Source: Eledone cirrhosa (Eukaryota). Taken from it: 64,000 nucleotides of DNA. This document shows, one piece after another, positions 55,703-64,000 of the stretch. Numbering within the stretch: the first letter of the stretch is position 1; every line of letters starts with the position of its first letter. The stretch lies in contig OZ024745.1 of assembly GCA_964016885.1 (NCBI GenBank), forward strand, positions 127,472,001 through 127,536,000, given 5' to 3'. The position numbers were made by a program, and so were the translations under genes. The notes beneath the pieces were generated by a model. The model was not told the DNA's origin. It saw only the letters and a program-made list of their open reading frames with translations, and did not search any database.

Positions 55703-57061
55703 TGTATGTATGTATGTATGTATGTATGTATGTATGTATGTATGTATGTATGTATGTATGCAGTATGTATGTATGTATGTATGTATGTATGTATGTATGT
55801 ATGTATGTATGTATGTATGTATGTATGTATGTATGTATGCAGTATGTATGTATGTATGTATGTATGTATGTGTGATTGTGTAATTATAGCAGAAGTGAGA
55901 AAGGTAATCGAAGTATATAGTTTTTCCATTATTTAACCATTTTCTCTCATATAATATATTGTTAATCTTGCTGACATATTTGTTATATGATGTTATTCTT
56001 TCATTCCTTGCCAGTCAGACAAGTTGTAGGATAATTATTTAGTATTTTGATTTTATAATATTCAGTGTTCATACAGTGACAAGTTCTCAGTGAAATAAAT
56101 ACACCAGATATAATAATTCCCTCCGCTCTTCTTCAATATCTGTTTCTGATTGCTCTGCTTTACTTAAGTATCTGTCTTGATATTATTCAAGTATCTTTGC
56201 TAAGGCTAACGTTGTTTTTCATAGATATTTTGAGTACAGTGTGATTTAGAGTCGTAGAAAATGCATTGTCGTCATTTTGTTACGTCCCTTTATATTCAAA
56301 ATAGACGGACATCTTTAAGTGAAAGATTGCGATTGACTTTACGCCAAGTTAGCGAATCTTAAATTCATGTTTTATCATTCTGGGATCGATAATTATAGTA
56401 CTATAAGGTACTATAATCATTTAAAACTCAGACTTACGATTGTCAGCCGAATACACTAACCAGAAAGCCACGGGCCTTCACTTCAAAGCTACCTATAGTG
56501 CACAGAGCACAGAACAATATCACCATAAAGAAATGACAAATCTATATATATCTAATAATCCTCAGAATCTCTGAGAACCTTCGAACTAGTAGGACATAAA
56601 TTCACCGATCTCTGAACTCAGGAGACTTAAGTGTTTAATACACCAGAAAACAATAATGTATAACAAGAAAAATATGCATACAGCTTCAAAGCTTCTAAAT
56701 TTCACATAACATGGATAACATGAGTAAATGACAATTTTATGTACATATTTGCTAAATGTAAACTGACATTATGAATATTAAAATTTAATAACATATTTCA
56801 CAATAGTATCCACTTAATTCAGCTTGTAAATGTGTCAATAAAATTTGTCAACATTAATTATAGCTTGCAAATGTGTTGATATAATTTGAGTAATATTCAT
56901 GAAACTGTGTATCTATACGATTTCTCTTTGGTATTTCTGAATAATGCAAGTAAGGATATCCACCTGCCAAATAGATATGCAAATTTATATACACAAACAC
57001 GCATAAATACACACACAGTCACACGTGCTAGTACATACATATGAATGCGTATATTAGGTTG

Positions 57062-57268
57062 TTTTCTAATTTAAGTACAGGGTCAGCAATTTTAGGGGAA
57101 GAGGGAAAACCCATTTAATCGAGGTAGTATTTGATTGATACTTTATTTTATCGACCCTGGAAGGATGAAAAGAAAGTTGACCCCGGAGGAATTTAAAATC
57201 AGCACGTTAAAAGCCTTATCACATACTGCAAACTATTTCTCTGACGCTCTAACGATTCTGCTAATCCA
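57062..57268 (-). mobile_element. Older, diverged SINE copy
   Basis: TTTTATCGACCC..AAGGATGAAAAGAAAGTTGACC core, otherwise diverged. Confidence 0.6.
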
Positions 57269-57438
57269 CACACACACACACATGCACACACACACACGCA
57301 CACACACACACACATAGACACACGCACACATACTTACATACATATATACATACACACATGCACTAGTTACTAAGAGCCATTTTTAACAATGTATTATGTA
57401 TGATATAAAAACTGACATACATAAAACACATCTATCAT

Positions 57439-57514
<76 letters not shown>

Positions 57515-57600
57515 GTATATATACATATATATCTCTATGTTTCCCCCTCTCTCTCTCTCCCTCTGCACACACACACACACACATATATATATATAAGTTT

Positions 57601-57716
57601 ATCCCGGATTCAATCGGGGGTAACCACAGTAAATAAGGTACTCAATACATATCAAATCCTGATGATTTCTCTTGAATGAAACAGTTCTATTCCTGTAGAA
57701 GCCATTTCTATATTAA
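57601..57716 (+). mobile_element. Same hammerhead-bearing family as 32815-32950, with an inverted tail segment 5' of the hammerhead
   Basis: CTGATGA-TTTCTCTTGAAT-GAAACAG-TTCTATTC-CTG-TA at 57659-57697. 57601-57650 is the family tail in the opposite orientation. Further fragments at 16985-17045, 18581-18618 and 45120-45250. Confidence 0.6.
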
Positions 57717-57837
57717 ATATATATATATATATATCGTCCAGAATTAGCCGTCGAGACGGCTTGAGCTCTGCCGTCGGGGACATACTTGTTCCTATATATA
57801 TATATATTGTGTGTGTGTGTGTGTATCTTTCTCTCTC

Positions 57838-57917
<80 letters not shown>

Positions 57918-58078
57918 GCTGTCAGTCAATCTCCCGAAAAAAGTATCTGTCCATTTAGTCTTTATTCATTTTCAGTTTGTAACACCACCGATCTATTCTT
58001 TCGCCCCCCCCCCCCTCACTGTAGCTCCAGACATTTCCCTTTCAAAGTCTCACCTCTTTAGCCATGGTGTTGCCTGCT

Positions 58079-58185
<107 letters not shown>

Positions 58186-58382
58186 GCACGCACACAGATA
58201 TACACAGACACAGACACACACACACATATATGTGTGTACACATATACACGCAATCATATATTATATATGTGTATATATATATATATATATACATATATAT
58301 CTATCTATATATATATATATATATAATATATGCTTGAGTGTATATGTGTATATATGCAAGCACATACACATGCACACACACA

Positions 58383-58484
<102 letters not shown>

Positions 58485-58844
58485 TACAAATACACACAAT
58501 ATGATCTTGCATAGTTTCCACTTACCCAATTCCCAAATTTATCGTGGTTCAGCAATATTGCGATAAATTTTTCCTTTTATACCAAAACATCACTTTATAA
58601 GTGAGTTTTCACCATATATTTTATTGATTTGTATTATTACTGATACTACAACGCCTTGTTACGTGTCTGATTGAGGCCATTAAAGATATAATTATAGGTT
58701 TTACTAAACAAACACAACGAAATAGAATTCCTGAGAACCATAAATCGCGACCCATTTTCGATAGCTATTTCAGAGGTATTCCACTTTACATATATCGTCA
58801 AGAAAGCCTGTGCAGTGCACTCTACATGTGAATGAAGTTCCACT

Positions 58845-59770
58845 GAATCAGGTGGAGAAGTTCAAGTATTCGGCGCCGTGTTCGCGAGTGATGGAAGGCA
58901 GGAGGCTGAATTAAGTGTAAGAATTGCAGGAGCTAGTGCAATAATTGTTTCTACTTTTGGGGGCACAAGGCCAGCAATTATCCCAGTGTATTACTGGTAC
59001 TTCATTTTATCGACCTCGTAAGGATGAAAGGCAAAGTTAACCTCGGATTTGAACTCAGAATGGCAAGGGCCGTAACTCTATACGTCAAAGCATGGCGTCC
59101 GACCCGCTACCGATACTGTCAATCCACCGCCCTAGTGCAATAATGTGTTAAATTCAGCATTCGTTCATCAAAAGAAGAGAGGTAGGTGTAAAAGCCAAAC
59201 TCGCTATCTTCAATTCGGTATTCGTGTCAACCCTGACCTATGGTCATGAATCTTGTGTAATGACCGAAAGAATACGATCACGAATATAAACGGTGAAAAT
59301 GGGTTTCCTCCGAAGGGTCTTTGGAGTAACGTTACTTGATAGAGTGCTTAGCTCGGAGATGAGAGAGTCACACCAGGTAGAGACGCTACTTCTCCGAATT
59401 GAGAGATCATTGCTCCGATACTATAGGTATGTGGTTACAAGGTCTCAGGAAAGAATCGCTGGACAGATTTTAATGGCAAAAACGAACCGGCAGGAGACGC
59501 AGAGGTAGACCCCGAGCAAGATGGTTGGATAACATCCATGAGCTTGGCTGTTTTCGCTTGAGGATTCAGCCGGATCAGTTGGATACGGTTGCTTCCGACA
59601 GGACCCTCTGGAACGAGTATTTGAGAACTCTTCCCCCACGACCCTCTCAGGAATAAGTGGACGAAAAAAGAAGAAGAAGAAGAAGAAGAAGAAGAAGAAG
59701 AAGAAGAAGAAGAAGAAGAAGAAGAAGAAGAAGAAGAAGAAGAAGAAGAAGAAGAAGAAGAAGAAGAAGA
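58845..59770 (+). mobile_element. Decayed RTE-type LINE 3' end with (GAA)n tail, interrupted by a SINE
   Basis: QVEKFKY..., TLTYGHES.VMTERIRSRI..VKMGFLRRVFGVTLLDRV..., then (GAA)n 59669-59769. Confidence 0.85.
58946..59131 (-). mobile_element. Full-length SINE inserted into the RTE-type LINE
   Basis: 13-bp TSD CTAGTGCAATAAT at 58933-58945 and 59132-59144. Confidence 0.92.
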
Positions 59771-60102
59771 TATGTAGTTAATGTTCACGATTTAGCCTTC
59801 ATTTTACGAGAATTTTACACGGTTACTCAACCTACAAGAAATAGCAGCCCATCTCTTCGTTTTACGAAATGAAAGATACATTGGATAATGTAGTGATGGA
59901 TATAGAAAGAGACGAGATGACCCCGGTGGGACTCTCTTAGTAATAGACTTTCTCAATCACCACTACAATAACGACGATGATCACTCCCCCATCCCCACAC
60001 CACCACCTCCACCACCGCCGCCGCCACCAACACAAACAACAACAACAAACATTTATTAACTTACGTAAGAAATAATTTGTTAAGAACAGAATTATAACTA
60101 AT

Positions 60103-60222
60103 TAATTGTTTCTACTTTTGGCACAAGGTCAGCAGTTATCTCAGTGTATTACTGGTACTTTATTTTATCGACCCCGTAGGGATGAAAGGCAAAGTTAACC
60201 TCGGCGCGATTTCAAATCAGAT
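60103..60222 (-). mobile_element. SINE, 5'-truncated
   Basis: Reverse complement of the family 3' half. Confidence 0.8.
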
Positions 60223-61619
60223 CATGATTTCCCGTAAGCTTTTTAATACTGACTGCATTACATGTGTTGACACTGTCTGAAATGCATGTTTTGGGCATGA
60301 TATAGGCCAAGCAATAGCAATTTGGTATATGGTTCTATGGATGGCCGAATCAGTAGAGTGACAGACAAAGTCCCAAATGGTATCTAGTTAAAACTATTTT
60401 ATGCTCTGAGTTCAAATCCCGGCTCGTCGGCATGGGGAAGGGGGAACAGATATTACTGCCGGCTCCTCTCTCTCCTATTTTTCACATTTAGAAATATTTA
60501 CGGTGTTATTCTGATTCTGAAACTCCAATTTAGAATTATTACGAATTAGAATACCCATCTAGAATGTTCTCACCACCAGCCATGCCGAACACCAAAGCCT
60601 GGTTCAAATTTCGTCTAGGTTGATTTCTTTCTTACAGAAAACTATGTATTAGTAGAGTGCTATAAACAATTTAATTCTTCCTCCAAAATGTTTTGATCTT
60701 AATCCTGGGTTCAACATTATTATCACACTGGTTGTTCATTTTAGATATTGCGGCGATACGCTTTGATAAGATTTTGAACGTCAAACTAGTATGGATCTCC
60801 GTCAGATTCGACGATGAGAGTTCTAGTTGTTCAATAATGAAATTAACGTGTAAATAAATGGCAGGGTTTTCTACAGACACGTAATCCTTAAACATAAATC
60901 TCAGGAAGATTCAGCATGACATAGTATGCAACATGGCCGATCTTTTGAATTATAAATACAGTCCATATGACAGGCTTCCATAGAGATTCTGTTTAACCTA
61001 GTTTCGCTCCCATGGTATGATAAATGACACTTGCACAAGATGCTATAGAGTAGGATCGAACCCGCGACCTAATTATTGCGAGATGATTTACATAACACTT
61101 CCACCATACTACGTCCACGAACTTCAAACTATACAAAGAAAGATACAGTAGTGAGGTAGGGCCGGATTTAATGGGGTAAGGGTGGAGGGAGAATTGATCC
61201 AGGCGGCCCCCTGCAGCAGGGGAGGGACACCAGCGACGACTGTAGCAATTTATTTGTGCCCTCAGCTGGGCTTTTTAGTTTTAGTATGGTTAGAAGTTAT
61301 GAATCTAATACCTGTATGTATAACTTTTCAATTCCCATTACTTGCTCCAAGTTAACCCTGATGTATACAGTGGCATCTGAAAGACTGAATTAGAGAAAAC
61401 AAAAATAATTTACACAAACACATTAAAAACAATTTTTTTAGTATTTTATTTGAAAACATAAACAATGGATTTTTTCAGTATTATGTGTGAAAAACAAGGG
61501 ATGCTCTATAACCTTAAAAAAAAAATTGAAAACGAACAAGTTTTTCAGTGACCACACTGTATAATTGGGGTTTGCTGTGTATTCTATTTTTTTTTGTATG
61601 AGGGGCCACCCCCCACCTG

Positions 61620-61870
61620 AAGTGACCCGGCCCTCAAAACCTGAAGGGCCTCGGGTCACCCAAAACCTGAATTGTCTCGGGTCCCCCAAAACCTGAATTG
61701 TCTCGGGTCCCCGAAAACCAGAAGTGCCTCGGGTCCCCCAAAACCTAAAATGTCTCGAGTCACCCAAAACCAGAAGCGCATCCGGTCCCCGAAAACCAGA
61801 AGCGCCTCGGGTTCCCCAAAACCTAAAGTGTCTTGGGTCCCTCAAAACCTGAAGTGTTTAGGGTCTTTCA
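61620..61870. repeat. ~29-bp GC-rich minisatellite (cgggtcccccaaaacctgaagtgtct-like), possibly inside an old hAT-like element
   Basis: About 8 degenerate copies. AGGGCCGGATTTA at 61159 resembles a hAT-type terminus. Confidence 0.6.
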
Positions 61871-62177
61871 AAGTCCCCTCAAGGTCTAAATCCAATCCGT
61901 TACTGAAGACTATATGCCGAAACGATCCTTTTTAGGTATAAGAAAAAAGAGAAATAACCCCTCCCCCCAATATATTATTAATAACTCTCTGTTGACAATA
62001 AGTATTAAGTGTGTTGACGCCACAAACGTAAACGTATCCTTCTCATAAAACATATAACAAAACACAAATAAAAACAATATTTAATAAAAAGATCAAAAAG
62101 CACATAAAATGGAGGTGGGTAGTGAGGAGCAAAACAATTAGATTCTCCAACTCTTAAATTATTATTCTTTATGTTGA

Positions 62178-62353
62178 GTGGATTGGCAGTATCGGTAGAG
62201 GGTCGGACGCTATGCTTTCTAGCATGGAGTTACGGCCCTTGCCATTCTGAGTTCGAATCCCGCCAAGGTTAACTTTTCCTTTCATCCATACGATAAAATA
62301 AAGTACCAGTAATGCACTGGTGGTGCCTTGTGCCAAAGAGTAGAAACAATTAT
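62178..62353 (+). mobile_element. tRNA-derived SINE
   Basis: A box, B box GTTCGAATCC, and the family 3' end. Confidence 0.85.
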
Positions 62354-62515
62354 TGTTTATGTTGGAGAAAAAAAAACTTTGTTAACAGATCGTATTTTTT
62401 TTTAATTCTTCTTTTTTCAGCCAATTTTTTCTTCTATCTCTGACATTTTTTCTCTCTCATTCTTCTTCTCTGCGTCTCTTCCTTCCTACACATTGCCTTT
62501 CTTTCTTTCTTTTGT

Positions 62516-62571
<56 letters not shown>

Positions 62572-62630
62572 TTTCTTTTTCATTCTTTTTCTTTCTTTCT
62601 TTTTCTTTCTTTTTCTTTCTTTCGTTCTAC

Positions 62631-62673
<43 letters not shown>

Positions 62674-62766
62674 TTGTCCTTCATTTTCTGCTTTTTTTGT
62701 TTTTCGCCTCTAGTTATTTGTCACTGACAGGTCTATCTCTCCCCCTCTCTCTCCCCCTCTCTCTCA

Positions 62767-62820
<54 letters not shown>

Positions 62821-64000
62821 GTCTGTCTGTCTCTCTATCTAATTTTATTATATATAGTTTATTGTTATTTATTAATGTTAAAGTTATATGATTTTTATGT
62901 AAAACCCCCGCCGTCACGTCTTGTAATGTCCCATTTTTGTACGCCCCTGTGGCAAATAAAGAAAGATATCTATCTGTCTATCTACCCCCCCTCTATCTAT
63001 CTATCTATGTCATTTTCTTTTGCCACTCCCCTTCCTTTTCCCCCGCTTCACTCCTTCTCTCTCTCTTCTTCTTTATCATTCTCGACCTACATCTTACTCC
63101 ATGCATTTCTCCTTCCTTTCTCGTTTATCCCTCCCCCTATCTCTCTGTTCTCCTTTACATTTCCTATCTACTTATATACGTTATTTCTCCTCCCACAACA
63201 GACTCCACCAACCAACCAACCAACCAACCATCCATCCAACCAGTCAGCCAGCCAACCAAACCATTCCCCCACCGTCTGCTGTTTGGAGCTGAGGTTATTC
63301 AGTGCAGTTAGTCAAGCGAAACTTCTTAAGAATATAGAATAACATTAGAGCCGTATGTAGCGTTTTTTTTTCCTTCTTGTTTTTGACACTCTGGTTATTG
63401 TTGTTGTTGATGTTGTTGTGGTTGTTGTTTTGAGTTTTGTTTTTGTTGCAGAGTTTTAGTAGTTGCCTTTGTTGTTGTAAACATCGTTAATTTTTGTTGT
63501 TTTAATTATTGTTGTTATTGTTTGTGATGATTATTCTCTTAGTTGTTATTGTTGTTGTTGTCCTTGTTGTTGTTGTTGTAAGCGAGGTCATTGTTGTTAT
63601 CGGTTTTCGTGTTGGCACAGATATTGTTGATGTTGTTCTTGTTTGCGATAAAGTTCTTCTTGTTTTGTTTTTCTTCTTTTTATGATTAGCATGGTTTTAT
63701 TTAGCCCTGGGCCATGGCCGATCAGTGACCACATAGACCTATATTCAAAGGTATTTAAGCTGTGACAATCCAGCCATTTTTATATATTTAGAACTACAAT
63801 GCCTAATGTCTCGCTTCGTTTTTCTTTGTGTCGATATGGTTTACTTTGGTGATTATTTGACTGCTAGTTCAACCGAGCCTAGAAGCCAATCACAGACTAG
63901 AGGCGCATCTCTCTAAATCTAAAGTCTGACTCAACCAGGGAGGCTCATCGGGCCGGCGTTTATACCGGTTTCGTGGCGTAAAGCGACTGAGAGCACACGA

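Noticed and set aside
60671-60895. 74-aa ORF as a transposase fragment
   Set aside because: No catalytic motif or termini are recognisable.

Overview
This is eukaryotic, AT-rich, microsatellite-saturated intergenic or intronic DNA with no confidently identifiable host gene. Almost all ORFs in the track are translations of simple repeats. The SINE/LINE repertoire and repeat density suggest an octopod cephalopod, which is an inference. The window holds about 15 copies of a tRNA-derived SINE, decayed RTE-type, R4/Dong-like and CRE-like non-LTR retrotransposon fragments, Tc1/mariner-type MITEs, minisatellites, and many short fold-back inserts sitting in (TA)n tracts. The standout is a 6.4-kb array (38705-45093) of an apparently identical 466-bp unit. 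Each unit carries a type I hammerhead ribozyme motif (CUGAUGA...GAAA-CUAG-UA, palindromic minimal helix III) and an upstream ATGCAAAT octamer. The array flips orientation at 42060-42062 and forms a ~2.95-kb-arm palindrome with 13 hammerheads pointing outward. It resembles a retrozyme or newt satellite-2-type element. Dispersed Penelope-type hammerheads, one family sharing the same U·U helix II closure, occur elsewhere in the window.
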